Assembly (NCBI RefSeq): GCF_041956535.1
Contig: NW_027192193.1
Span: 42,172 to 106,171 of the forward strand
Length of the DNA: 64,000 nucleotides
Source: Calcarisporiella thermophila CBS 279.70
Lineage: Eukaryota; Fungi; Calcarisporiellomycota
Direction of reading: 5' to 3'
Shown: piece after piece, positions 21,801 to 36,700 of the stretch
How the letters are laid out: each line of letters begins with the position of its first letter
How positions within the stretch are numbered: position 1 is the stretch's first letter
Translations under genes and position numbers: made by a program
Notes under the pieces: generated by a model
What the model was told of the DNA's origin: nothing
Databases searched by the model: none
What the model saw: only the letters and a program-made list of their open reading frames with translations

Positions 21801-24800
21801 GCGGTCAAGCTTGAGCTTGAAGAGAAAGCATCCAAATTGGGTGGGCTATCGCAGGTTCTTAGCGAAAAAGAAGACCAGATAAAGGCGCTTGAGCACGCGA
21901 TTGTCGAAAAAGATGCAGAAGGTGAAGCCCAGAGACTCGAGATTGAATCACAAACGGTCAGGGTCGAAGAGCTAGTTCAGAAACTTTCTGAAAAAGACTC
22001 CCTAATGAAGACATTCGAACTGGATATCGTTGCGAAGACCTCAGAGATAGAAGAGGTCAAGCGTGAGCTTGAAGTACAGTTGGAAAAGATGAGTAAGCTC
22101 GATAGGATATCGTCAGAAAAAGATGCCCAGATTGAAACGCTCCAATGTATAATCGCAGAACGAGAAGCTGAACTGAAATCCCTTGAGACAACGGTTAATG
22201 AGAGAGAGATCGAAGCCAAACAGCTGTTATCTGCGCAGGCTGAAAAAGATTCTGAAATGGAGCTATTGAAGAGGCGTACAGAAGAACTCTCGACGGCTCT
22301 AGAAGTCTCCACTCATCAACTCCAAGAGCTTGTGCAAAAAGCTGAGGAAAGAGAGAAGACCTGGTCACGTGAAAAATCAGAGCTAGAAGCACGCCTTATC
22401 GAGTCGGAAGCCAACTTTGTAGCAGCAAAGGAAAATACAGAACAATTGGTAGTGGTTAATGATTCTACAATTCGAAATCTCCAAGAACGTATCATCGAAC
22501 TGGAAGAGCAACAAGTTCAATTGGTATCTGAGAAGGAAGGTCTTGAAAAAGCTATTGTCGAGAAGGATGCTGAAGCAGAAGTGTTAAACAAGCAAGCTGA
22601 AGAGCTCCGGCTAGAATACGCCGTCACCCAAGATATGCTTCGAGATTACAATTTGGAGGCCGAAAAGAGACAGATTTTATGGGCATCAGAAAAAGATGAA
22701 TTGCAAACCCACGTCGTAAAGATAGAGTCAGAGAATGCGGACTTAAGGATAAAAGTGGAGGCAATGTTGAACGAAGTCAGCGATTTCCAAAGTAAACTTC
22801 AAGATCAAGCGCTTGTGATGCAACAAAAAGATGAAGAAATCGCCGGCCTACGAGCTCAGATGACCGAGTCAACACACGCGCTCCAAATCGCCCTAAGCGA
22901 ACTGGAAACGAAGAGGAACCAGGTTGACAAGCTTGACTACGCTAAAGCTGAATTAGAGAAGCATATTCAATTGCTCGAGACGAAGATTAGCGAGAAGGAA
23001 GCCATGTTTGAGGCAGCTGTCTCGGAAAGAGATGTGACTCTAGGACTCAAGCTACAGGAGTTCGAGAGTCTGGTATCAAGACTAACGGAAGAGAAGGCTG
23101 CACTCGAGAATGCAGTTGCGGAAAATGAATCTAAGCTCCAGTTGATTATCTCCGAGAAAGATGCGCTTCTCGAGGCAACTGTTGCTGATAAGCATTTAGC
23201 TCTTTCGAATAAGGCAGCGGAGGTAGAATCATTGACTGTACAGCTTGCTGAGGAGAAAGAATCCACACAACAAATTAGGAAGCAATATGAAGAGGCCAAA
23301 GGAGAGTGCGCTACTCTTGGGAAACAATATGAAGAGCTTCAAGATAAATGCAAGAAGTTAGAGTGCATGATGGAAAATCTCGAGAATGTTTTGTGGATGT
23401 CGGAGGAGGAGATATGCAATGGGTTAAGCAAACTTGACCGCTTGGAGGCCCAGAAGAAGGGTGTTGAAGCAGAGCTGTCCGCGACCTCGACTCGAATCAA
23501 AGAGCTGGAAGAGCAACTTGTAGCGTCCAAACATGAACTCTCAGAGGAGAAATTCTGGAGCGAGCGAGTTCGATGCGAAGCGGACGCCATTTCAAAGTGG
23601 TACGAGGAGGAGAAATCAAAAAGAGAAGCAGCTGAAGAGCGCATCAAAGAATTCCCTGACCTTCAGAATCGTGTGGATGAACTTGCCACATCCAATGCAG
23701 AGCTCCGTAAACACTTGGAAGATGCTGAACGACGGGCCATGGAATTTGAAGAGAGCAAGGCTGCAGCCGTATCTGAAATGAATGGGCTCATCGCTGAGCT
23801 CAAGCACGCACAAGGGCTCTTGTCAATGAAAACCGTTGAAACTGAGGCACGTAGTGCCGAAATTGCTAACCTCTGGCGTCGAGCTGAAGAATTGGCCGAG
23901 GCGAATGCGGATCTTCACGGGCGATTGGAAAAAGCTGGACAACAAGTTGCAGAGCTTGAGGAGGGCAAAGTTACTGCCAATTCTCAACTGAATAGCCTTA
24001 CCTTGGAACTGAAAACGACGAGAGAACAATTGGAGGCAAAATCACTGGAGGTCAATGCACTGGCAACTAAGCTGGCTGACTTGGAGATCGCTTTCAATGA
24101 AATTCAAGTTAACTTCTCGCAATGCGAACAAGAGCGTGATAGACTGTCTAGCTATGTACCCGATCTCGACACTGAGCTTCAACAGACGCGTAACCTTCTG
24201 GAGACAAAAATTGCAGAATCAGGCATCTTGGAGTCTAAATTATCAGAGGCAGAGATTGAGATGGCAAAGATGCAGGAAAAATTGGCTCAGAACGACCGAG
24301 AGCGAGAGAATATTATGCAGGAGTTGCCCGGTCTCACTTTGGAATTGCAACAGACCCGAGACCACTTGGCTTCGAAGTCTCTCGAGATCGAGGAGATGAA
24401 CAGGAAATTAGCGGAAGCAAGTGTAACCATTGAGGATTTACAAACGCGGCTCGCTACAAGTGAACGGGAACGAGAACAGTTGATTGCAGAAGTACCTGAT
24501 CTCGCCATTGAGCTAAGGCAGGTGCGGGAAGAGTTGGCTGCTAAGTCAGCTGAACTAGAGACGCTCCATCTGCAACGATCTGAAACAGAAATAGCCATGA
24601 GAGAAGCAAACGATCAACTCATACCGGCTGAGAGTGAACCAGGAGACCTAGCTTCTGGAGGGTTAGATCTAAGCAGTGAGCTCGCACGTGCGCAAGGTCT
24701 TCTGTCGTCAAATACCACAGAAACGAATACCCTGGAGACCAAGATTAGCGAGATGGAAGAGTTAGTCGCCGAGCTCAGAGCGCGTATTGCCCAACATGAA

Positions 24801-25467
24801 AATGAACGAGAACAGATGGAGTCGGACTTGAGAAACGCGCGCCATAAATTGGAGAAGCTTTCAAAATACAAGCAAGACTATTCCACGATATCGCACTCAT
24901 TCAATGAGATGCAGACGTCGTTGCAAAACATGGAGGTCTTATGTGAGGAGAAGATCGCAAGTGAGGAGCAAATGCGTCAAGCTCTTGACACCATTATGCA
25001 AGAGAAAGAGGTCTTGATGGCCAGGCTAAAGGACGCAGAGAAGGCTGCAGAGGATGCAAAGGCTGCGGTTGCAGGTGCTTTGAAAGAGAAGTCAATGCTT
25101 GAAAAGTCGATAGCGGAGATGGCAACCGAAGAAAAGACATCCAAACGTCAATTCGCCTTGAAAGATATCACCAACGAGAAGAATATTGCCCCAGTAAATG
25201 AAAAGAAGGTTTCTGAGAAGAAGTATGAGAACAAGCGTTCCGCTCCGGTGGATGAAACGAAGCACGAAGAAATTGAGAATGTGAAGGTAACCATTCTAAG
25301 CATTCGTTGTCCTTTAGTTTCTTGCATCTAACCACCTTCATGTTGTTTGTATCTCCCCTCAGACTGTACGTAATCGTAGGTTGCAAGCACGAATGGCTCG
25401 TCGAGCAAATGCCGCAGCCGCACAAGCAAACAAGACCACCTCGCCCGAGGAATGTAATAACCAATAG
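18853..25467 (+). CDS. CENPE: Kinesin-7 / CENP-E-like motor with very long coiled coil, multi-exon
   Basis: [67 protein letters not shown]; RRQTW motif; ~1500-aa coiled-coil exon; last exon 25363-25467 ends SPEECNNQ*. Confidence 0.88.
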
Positions 25468-26249
25468 TCATTTATTCCCATTAATTATACTAGAGTGAAA
25501 AATGGGATGTTCACCATTTGTTGATACTCCGTCTTCTTTTTTATTCTACTTGCATCAAGTTTTTAAATATGGATGATATTCCCTTTTTTTATTATTATAT
25601 GATTATTTGACATATATCTCAATGAGGGTGTCTTTTGATTTTAATTAGCTCTTTCCCTTAAGATTCAGAGTGCTATCGATTTGTTTGTAAATTAGAAATA
25701 CCTAATTGTTTTTTTTCGAATTCGAATATATTTTATTTGTTATTGTGTTTTGCTATAGAATTGAATTCACCCCAAAAGATTAAACCAAATGATCTGCTAA
25801 AGTGAAGTACTGGCTACGAACCCGGCTAAAAATCATTCCCAATACACTTAGCTATAATATAGACGCGCTTATATTAGAAATCCTCATCAGTTGGAAATTA
25901 GGAATCCGGTATTAAATATTTAATGACGGAAATGGATGAGCGCCATAAATATCATGTTCGCTCTAAGAATTTAAAATAAATACAATTGTATATAATGTCA
26001 ACCGTTTGCTACTGTAAAGAGATAATAGGGAAACATTCATGGTTGACAACCCAAATTCTTTCTCAAAAATAATTAGAGATATTTAAGGTGGACTCTAAAT
26101 TAGATCGCGAAGACTATTTTCGGCCAGAGCAGAATTTTATGCAATGCATGCTCCGAAAAAAATTCGTTCATGGCAAAGCCAATCAGAACGCCTGCAAACT
26201 TGGGTATGATTGAATCCCAAAGTACTAGCTGTACTCTTGAGTGAGGCGA

Positions 26250-27435
26250 CTAATCGTCGAATTCCTCAACATCCTCTTTCATCACCACAAGGAATCTTCC
26301 TTCCCCTTTTCCGAAGCTCATACTTTTTAGCCCCCCAAGAAAATGGGCCTCTCTGTGCAGCTCCTTCCTCTGATAGCTTGTCAGGCCAGGGGGGAACCGC
26401 AATACCTTCCCCACAGGATCTTCCCAAAATCTACGCAACGCATCGGACTGAGACGTGGACCAGGCATAAGGATTAGGAGTGCGAGAAGTTGAGCGAAAGT
26501 AATGCTCTGGAGTGACATAAGGTGCTAAAATGGTACGATGGAAGTCCTCAATCCCCTTGCCTCGGTTGATACGCCGGCGTCTTTGGCGCCGGTTCTTTTT
26601 CCCAGGTGACAAATCTTCTTCTTCATCGCTGAGAATCTGGTGGTTATTTCCGTTGTCTTCCTTATCAGAATCCTCATCTATGTTTTCATCCGGGGAAGAC
26701 TGGTGTTGATTGTACGCAGAGGTTGCATACATAGAATCGTCTTCCAAAGTGAGCAGTCTGTGGCTTCTCCTTCGTTTCCATTCTCTGTTTTCAGCATGAC
26801 TAAGCAAGTATATCCAGTCAGTATTTAGGCATCCTCTTAGCTGTTGCTAATGACAATACCTGAAGGGAAAGAGACGTCCAAGTACGGACCAAATAACTGC
26901 TAGCTGTCTCCGGCAACTTCTTTTTTCTTCTTGTACCCAAGAATTCCATGTCACCCATGCTATGGAGAGAGCACGGCCCTTTCGTCCAACAGTGCGTTGG
27001 AATGCCTCTTGATTAGTCCAATCGTCTAGTGAAGAGTCATAACCAACCCATTCGTGCCTAATAGTAAAGTAATTAATATGAGTCGATAGAAATTTTCGAT
27101 AATTCTCACATTTCATCTGTCCATTTAGTAGGTTCTTGACCGTAAGTTCTTTCTACCGCCTCATCAATATAGAGGTGGAGTTTGAAGATAACATCCTCTA
27201 TTTTCACATTTTCACTATTTTTTTCTCGTGCAATCGTAACCAGGCTGAGGGGAAGGTCTTCCACTAGAACTGAAAAAAGTAACGGTCGAGCAATGGATGA
27301 GAATAATCTGCATGTGTCTTTGGAGGAGAAAAGGGTTTGGACATCGAGAAAAGATAGGATACGAGTCCATATCTCAGGTGGAAATATTTCGTCAGCATGG
27401 AATTTCTTATCTGCTTTATGGATTATTGAATTCAT
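26250..27435 (-). CDS. F-box protein with C-terminal R3H domain, 3 exons
   Basis: FPPEIWTRILSFLDVQTLFSSKDTCRLF (F-box); FPPGLTSYQRKELHREAHFLGGLKSMSFGKGEGRFLVV (R3H). Confidence 0.75.
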
Positions 27436-27584
27436 GTCACGAAACTATATGTGGGGAATAAAGTCTTGGGCAATCTTCTTTAAAAATGAGATTGTGGCTT
27501 AGAAAATTTTGTAATTAACGCGTTTCACCTCTACTATTTTTTTCATCGGATTCAGTTTCACCTAGTTAGTTTTGAAATGAATCG

Positions 27585-29145
27585 ATGAATTTTACTAAAT
27601 ATTCTTCTATTCCGCATCAAGTAAGTGGCCAATATGAGGAATCAGTAAAGCTATTCTTCTAAACGATAGATTGTTTGTCAGGGCAACGGAGAGTTTCATT
27701 CGCAATATGAAGTGGACAACCTTTTGGCACAAATAGGATCACCAACCTGCCAAGGTTAGTCGACCTGTCTCTCCTGTAGTATTTCTTTTTTTTTTCTTCT
27801 TTGCTAATTTCCTGCCTGTTTGTAATAGATTCAGAGAAACTTCAAAATTTTGAACAAGAAGTAACCTCAATACAGGACCTCAACCTGCTAAAACGTTTAT
27901 TAATCGACAAGGAACGTGAAAAAATAGCAACGGTAAACGATCTACAAGTTGCTGCGCGTTTAGGATTGGCGCTCTCGGAAGCCAACGAGCAGATGCAGTC
28001 CAAATTAAATGAGGTTATGGAAGCTGAGTCAGAGACTAAGGCTAAAGTATATACAAAACTGCATTTCATTTTAGGCTCAAACGCTGAATTGAATATTGGA
28101 CTCAAATAGCTAGCATCACTTGAAGAAGAAAATCGAAAGCTTCAGTCGGAAATTTCCTTTCTTCCCCTCGATATCACCACTGGTCATCCTTCTCCATCTA
28201 GCAATCGAAATGAACAGGCAAAACTCCGCCTGAATAAAGAACTAGAATCGGCTCGACGAGAACTGACACTACTTTCTGCCCAATTCAATGACATGGCGGC
28301 GGAATTAAATGACAATAGGAATAAAGTTAAGTTTTATGCTAAACGATTGGGTATGTAATCTGAAATTATGCACAATGAGCAAGCTATTCTAATGACTGAG
28401 TTTTCTAGCTGAAGTGGAGCAGAATCTCGCCCAGACACAGGAGCAGAATGTCAATTTACAAATATTGCTAGAGAAAGCTATGAACACCCAAAAGCAGTCG
28501 AGTTCAAGTACCACCCACACAGTCAAGACGATTCAAGTGGATATGAACAAGGTAACCTTTATTGTCTTTTTTGATTGAGAGACCAACTCCTTATACCACA
28601 ACGCATAGTTGATACAAGAGAACGAGCACCTTCGATCTCATATCTCCGAGCTCGAGTCTCGCCAAGCTCAATGCGAGGAAAAGATTGGAGCTTACTCGCA
28701 GCTCCTCGTTGAGATGCAGCATACCATGCACACCCTCGTTGAGATTAATCGAAATAGCGAGGATTCGATGTCATACTCTACCAGTTTTAGCGCGCAAAGC
28801 GATGAAAATCCAGTCACCCTAGCCAAGGCGTTATCAAAGGAGTTCGAGGATGATTTCCACAAGGTGATTGCCCAACGCTTCCACTCTCCCTCCACAAGCC
28901 CCACTTCCTCCTCATCAACACAACGAGCTACCTCGCCATATCATTCTCTTACAATGGAAGATATTAAACGTGCAGGTGAGGGTCTGAGGTATCTGTTGTC
29001 CTCCCAAAGAGACCAAGTTACCCAAATGGGAAAGAATAGCAATGAAAGCGCTCTACTGCCGTCTTTGACCCCTGGATCTCCGCGGGTCATCACTCGGTAC
29101 AGCCTTTCCTCAGCACCCAAGAGAAAACCCTCCAAAAAGCGATAA
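27585..29145 (+). CDS. Coiled-coil protein with CC1-box-like motif (HAP1/TRAK/BICD-like), multi-exon
   Basis: Exons can be spliced in frame from ATG 27585; EREK..NDLQVAARLGLALSEANEQM; heptad-rich. Confidence 0.6.
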
Positions 29146-29489
29146 CTATTTCCGATAGATCACATATATACTCAATTTATGCACTACCTGTATATATTTA
29201 ATTTCCTTGCCTTTCCCTTTTCTAGCTGCCTCCATCTGGAGATTTTGAGAAGACACTATTTCTGTTAGCTTTCGATTCGTTTTCTCTCTCTTATAATATT
29301 TACTGCCACGTTTTCATCCACTTAACTTTATTTTAGCTATTTGTTATTTGTTCACCCTAACTCATTTATAGCTTAATACAATTATACCTAATATTTTTTA
29401 TTTATTTTTTCTTGGAATAAAAAAAAATAGAATATCAAATACGAGGTACAGGGGGACTGAGGGTACATTTCACATTTTCACAAAAGGGC

Positions 29490-30373
<884 letters not shown>

Positions 30374-30583
30374 CTATGAAGAGACAAGAGATATTATCCT
30401 CATTTTATATATTGGGCATACAACGTTCTCGAAAGCTGACAAATTAATCGATTATTCATCAAGCGAGAAATTTTTTGCCACCTCACCAAATCAAGTCAAC
30501 CATACAAAAAATGGGTAATGTTCGATAAGTGAAGAATATAACAGTGGAAAATTGGGAAATTAGAGGTTGTTCTATAGAAATGT

Positions 30584-31585
30584 TTAATTGACCCGCAATC
30601 TCTCCTCGAGTTCCTTCCGCTGTGCCTCTAGCATTTGAAAAAAGGAGGAGGGGGGGGTTAGATATGAAAAGAGGGCTAACGCCAAAATATCCAGCCAACT
30701 TACCGACAATGGCCTCCATTTCTTCCTTGCTTGTGTCAAAGCGTACAATGTTCGCTTGGTTGAATGGGTTTTCAGGTGATTTCTGAAAAGCTTGAGTAAA
30801 TATGGGCAATGTAGATATAAATACGAAAAACATTAGATTATTACCTGGAAATTCTTGTATAGAATATCCTTCAGCTGCGTGTATCTTAGCCCCGGATGCT
30901 CTTGCTTCAATCGAGGCAGCTCCCGCTCCTCATAGGCAGCCAATGCGGCCTTGAACCGCCGCTCAGGGTGCCGATCAATGCCTGATATTTTCTGTTGCGC
31001 ACTGGCCGAGGTCTCTGTCGCGTTTTCCAGAAGGTCAAGTGCATCATCAATGTTAGAGGCTGAAAATTCAGGGATGGTGCGCTTAGCAAAGGATACTTCT
31101 GCGTGCTGAGCCTGTTTCTTGAGCGCTTTTTTCTATTAGAAGAGAACAGTATACACGTTGTATTTGTCAGGGCATATCAATACCGCCTAGGTCAATTCCG
31201 CTTGCATACCTCTTCGCCCTTGACTGGCCTCAGCAGGGGCTTACTTTTAGCGATTTCTTTTTCTTCACTCGCAAGCAATGAAGCCGCCTCTTTTTTCTTT
31301 GCAAGCTTCTCTGCTCTCTTAGCAGCTTCTTCTTCCTTTTTGGAGGTGTTTTTAGCCCCAACGGACCACTCCCTAGCCTCCTTAGCCTCCCGTTCTGCCG
31401 CTTTACGAGCATCCACCTCGGCTTTGTGAGCCGCCTTTTTTTCCTTTGCTGCCGTGACTATTTAGCAACCAAAGAAATCAATGAAAGAATGGATCAGTGA
31501 GGAATTCACGAACAATGCGACAAACATGGCTGCGATGGATGGTGTCGCTACCTTTAGTATTTTCTCCTTTGAATTTTTTCGGCAT
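30584..31585 (-). CDS. CCDC124: CCDC124/Oxs1/Lso2-family protein, multi-exon
   Basis: MPKKFKGENTK..., ASNIDDALDLL, DRHPERRFKAA, FQKSPENPFNQ. Confidence 0.85.
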
Positions 31586-31876
31586 GATCTTTGATTTTTC
31601 CTAACACACCATGATCAAATTATCGCACGATTTTGATAAAAATATATGATGTATTTAAGAAACTCTTATATCAGCAGTCATATAAAAGCGGCATTCAAAA
31701 AAAAAAATTACATATAGAAAGAGAATATCTAAAGATAATCAAAAATAAAAAAAAAGGAAAACGGAGGGGTTAAAAAGTGAAGGCGGAAAGAGTCTATGAT
31801 ACTTAATAAGGGAGAAGGAAATAAAATACCGGAGTATCATGAAGAATTACAAAAATAATTATAAGATGGTGGAGTA

Positions 31877-33460
31877 TCACGGCTTTGCCCGAAACGTCGA
31901 GGGTTCCACCGCACACATCCATATACGCGTCTTATATATTTTAAAAAGCTCTCTTACAAGCTCTCGAAAGTCGATTCGGTGCTCGGAGACGAAGTAGAAG
32001 GTGAGCTTCCGGCGATCCCTATGAATAAAACGGAAGGTTGAAGTCAGCTTCTTTTCCCACGGCTATTTCTGCAAGTGAGGGTAATAGATAGGCGCTACCA
32101 TTGGAATTCCGCGTCCACTACTTCCATCTCGAGTCCTCGCTGTCTAACTTTATTCAGACACACGCTCAAAGCCTTGGCCTCGTCGTAGCTCTTACTGATG
32201 AGGGAGGTCACCTCCGCGGGCAGGGCTAACCGGAAAATCCGCTTCGGCTTGGGCCGCCCTTCTCCGGCCTCTCCGGCCTCTCCCAGCCCACGCTGGGGTT
32301 GTTGCATCAGGCTTTGGGAGTAAGCATCGTCGACCACTTTTCCAAGGTCGTTTCCGCGGTCTGCCTCTACGATCACCAGATCCCCAACCTGCACCCGCAG
32401 CCCATCTGTGGTATAGTAGGCCCCTGTTCGTCCGGCTTTGAACTCCACGAGACACAGTTGCTCGATCGAAGGGGCCGGATTAAGCGCAGCTCCGTGAGCT
32501 GATGCGTCGTGAATAAGGTGTTGATTATGGTGATCGAGGGTGTCGTCAGCAAGAGAATGGGAGAGAAAGGTGGAGGAGCCGTGGGTTGGTGAAGCGCTAA
32601 GGGGGGACAGGTTTAGCTCGGTGGGTGAGGCGTGGCTCTGATCGAGAGGAGGCGTTGCTGCCGATGAATATCGCCGCTGGAAATGAAAGTCCTCTTCGAA
32701 CGAGCTAATGCCACCAGAAGAAAAGACAATAGATTCCATCAGCATAATCATGAAGGTAGTCAGCGACACGTGGACATCTGATCGGGTAGAGCATGATGCC
32801 ACGACACTAAATGGCATGTGACATTATGAAGAAATCGATTGCAAACACTCACCGGCTTGCATTGAGTTGATCATTGACCAAACTTTGCTGCTGGTAAGCT
32901 AATGACATGGGCCGTCCAAGCATGTCCATTTCTGTAGGAGATGATAAGATCTCATTCCCAATGTGCGAAGGCAAGGTCTGGCCCGAAGTATACACGCCCA
33001 AGCTTACTCGGCGCTGCAAGAAACCATCCCATTCCCATGCTCCCTCTACGCCCGGAGCCTTGCTTAGAGTGGTTGGCTGGCAGCTCTCAAAGTAATCGTC
33101 CTCCTTGCGTTGAAGCTTTTTCTCGTTCCACATGACCGGAGGCGAGGCGGAGGTGAACGCCCCTCTCCACAATCCGCTCTCGTCCGCTTTCGGTGCGGCC
33201 TGAATGCCAGAGGGGCTGAACAGCGGCTCGGCGAAGGGCGAGGAGCGCGAGAGAGGTTTGGCTGGGAACGAAGAGAATGGCTGCGTGGTTGTTGGCGGGT
33301 TGCCAACAATGCGCCACCCGTCAGTGGAAAGCGTGCGACGATTTGTGGGCCGCTGCTGCGGATGCTGGTGGTGGTAGGGGTCCTTCTATGATACAAGAGG
33401 AAAGCCAGCGTTAGTAATGGAGGGGATGCGCGCTCAAGAACACAGTACATTTAGAAGCAT
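31877..33460 (-). CDS. PSP1 C-terminal domain protein, multi-exon
   Basis: [33 protein letters not shown]|[30 protein letters not shown]. Confidence 0.85.
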
Positions 33461-33782
33461 GTCTTGCGATATAAATATATGTGGTTTTCGTTTTGAATAT
33501 TTGGGAAAAAAAAAGGAGAACAAAAAAAAAAATAAAAACGACGCGGGAAGAAACGCGGGGAAGTTACACTTAGGTTAGGTGGTGGCGGTAGGAGCAAAAC
33601 TTTCTTTTGAAATATTTCGAGTTTTATTGGTGATATAGTATAGCCATTTTTGGGTTGATTGAGCTCATTTAAATTAGAAAGTGGAATCGATTAATGCAAT
33701 TTATTCATGTGAGTGCAGCGACGCGAAAACGAATTTGAAAGGAAACTCCACCCACTTAGAAGCGACCGAGCCCACCAATTCA

Positions 33783-36700
33783 ATGCCACGATCTGCATTC
33801 ATAGTATATACTCCATTGCGTTCATGTTTTGTCAATCTGCCTCCCTCATGGGCCTCAGCTCTTCTTGATCATGGCCGAGTAAAATCCTCCTCCCCCTTGC
33901 GAATTTGTTTTGCAGCCCTTTCTTGAACCAGATCCCTTCTTTTTAGAATCCCCATACGATCGTCCTCGAAATTTCATGGATCGGTGAGGATGCAGAGAAG
34001 CATCGTGCGTATGTTGGATGGTCAGGCGCTGCTACAGCACACAGCGCTTTCGGCAACATCAATCAATCTGGTGAGATCATCGAGATTGATCCGCAATTTG
34101 GCCAGTCGCTCGGGATACGTGCAAATGAAAAGGTAGCTCTCCGTAACTGCTAGTGACATCCTGAAAATAAATTCTGACATCCATTCGACAGGTCCAAGTA
34201 GACTTTTGTAAAAATGTTCCCGATGGATCTATGGTGAACGTTGAACCTTACTCGGCAGACGATTGGGAGATAATTGAATTGCACGCTGGATATTTGGAAG
34301 AAAATCTGCTCAGGCAAATAAGAGTTGTATACGCGGGGCAGATTGCCACCATCTGGCTGCACGGAAAGACGTTGATTCGGATTCGAGTGGGTGAGTTTCT
34401 CCAGTGCTTTATTTTTCAAATTTCTACTATTCTCTAAATCTTTATAATCTACCGCGGATAGCGGAGGTTCACCCCAAAAGCCCATGCGTTTTGCTGAATA
34501 ATGACGCCGAGGTGGTAGTCGCGCCCAAATTACGAAATCTGCCTTCTTCCATAAAGCCTCCCGAGGACGATATTGTCAATTCCACTACTAAACCATCTTC
34601 GACCCTCGCCCCTGCAGCCATTTGCTTGCGTGCGCTCCCAATGTCTACAACAACGGCTGAAGATGACTTCTTCGCCATTTATGTACATCCTCAGACCATT
34701 TCACGGCTTCCACACAGCTCGCTTCTTCATATCTCGCATATAACCCCACCCAGCACTTCTTCTCAGCTGCAATCACAGCAGCAGCAACAGCAGCAACAAC
34801 AGATGCAGCAATCGGCCAAGGATGACCTAGAAAAACAAGATACTAAACTCGCAAAGTATCTCTATGTTCGACCCAAACCATCATCCTCAGTTCCGTTAGG
34901 GCATGTGCATTTGAACGAATGGATGCGAAAACTACTGGAAATCGAACCATTTGGCTTTGTTCGTTTGGCTGCACCCAAATCCCCTACTGTCATTTCACAG
35001 TTGACTCTTCTCCCAGTGCAGGCTAACACAGGGCCTGCGGCCATAAAACTTGGCTTGAACCCTAACCAGGCGAAACAGAGCAAGACAAACATGCTCGTAG
35101 AATTATTTAAAGAGTGGGTCCGAACTGTTTCCGCAGAGATGGGTGACAGGCAGCCTCTATTACTTACCAATGGCATGGTGGTGCGATTAAATCCGGGAGG
35201 ATTCAACACTAATCATAATATGGATGGACTCAACGAGGCAGATAAGATCATACTACGTTTAGACCCCAAGGAGGGTTCGGAAAAAAAGCAAGCGGATTCG
35301 GAGGAAATCTATGCAGCTTTGGGGAAGCAGCAGGTTTTGTCGTTGAAGATAGGGGTCGGCGAGATTGTCGCCAAAGAATCGGAAGAAGTGAGGGCAAAGT
35401 AAGGACTAATATGCTCGAATATCCTAGATAGTTTGCTTGAACATTGTCACAATTTTAGGTGGTTGGAAGCTGACCGCGAGAAACTTGGGGGGGTCGACTC
35501 TCTGATAGATAAGTACAAACATTATTTGCGATGCTCGCTATCCCGGACTGCCATCCGCAATGCACTCAAGACACCTGGTAAATCGGTTGCGCTAAGAGGC
35601 TTGAACAAAGATATTGAATGCAAACCTCAATTTGTAGGGATGGGCGGGCTTTTACTCTGTGGAGGACACGGTTCCGGCAAGACAAGCATTGCCAAAGTTT
35701 TGGGAAAGGAGCTCGCACAAGACACAGAAACACTCTCATGTAAAACGCTTTATTTTTTGCTTTTTGACTCAACAAATCCTAAAGAATCGTTTTATTACAG
35801 ATTTTCTGGAGATTAATTGCTCCGAGATAACCGAAGACAGAGTGCCTACTATTCGTGAAAAGCTCCAGCAATGGTTCGATGATGCTGCATGGCACGCCCC
35901 AGCTATACTCTTCTTCGATGATCTTGATCGCCTCGCGCCTGCGGAGCAGGAGCATGTTGACTCGTTTCGTGCTCGGCAGATAGCAGAATGTTTTATCCAA
36001 ATTGCTACAAAAATGCTACGTGCTCATCCGAAGATAAGCCTGATGGCAACAGCACAAGGGCAAGCAAACGTGCACCCCATTCTTGTGGCTAGTCATGTAT
36101 TTTCAGAGGTGGTTCATTTGAACCCACCGACGAAAAATGAGCGGAAACAGGTATTGGACCACATCATGAGAAGTGGAGCTGAAGTGCTTCGGGAAAGCGT
36201 GAGTGCCCTAGATTTACTCAGCGTCGCGGGAGAATGCGAAGGGTTTCTTGCAGCAGACTTGCGAGCCCTTGTAGAGCGAGCTGTGCATGAAGGCGCCGTC
36301 AGACAATTAAGAGAGAAAATGGAGGGGAGCGTAGGTAAAGATTCCAAGCTACTGCTAAAGCAGGAGGATTTCAACAGAGCGCGTGATGGCTTTGTGCCGA
36401 GTTCGCTACGTGGGGTTAAGTTGCAAAGCTCTAGCGTGAGTTGGACGGATATCGGTGGGCTCAGGGAAACAAAGCGTGTGCTGCTAGAAACCTTAGAATG
36501 GCCAACCAAATATGCACCTATTTTTGCAAAGTGCCCACTGCGGCTTCGCTCAGGGTAAGAGTGCTATAGTTCGAAATACAGGCTGGGGTCAATTAACACG
36601 CCCTTTTGCCCTCTATTCAAGTTTGCTACTCTATGGTTTCCCGGGTTGCGGCAAAACGCTCCTTGCCTCCGCAGTGGCTAAGGAATGCGGCCTCAATTTT

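Noticed and set aside
20787-25331. 1514-aa ORF as a standalone myosin- or SMC-like gene
   Set aside because: It is a large internal exon of the kinesin-7 gene.
33569-33580. TTAGGTTAGG telomere-like motif
   Set aside because: Only two units; expected by chance.
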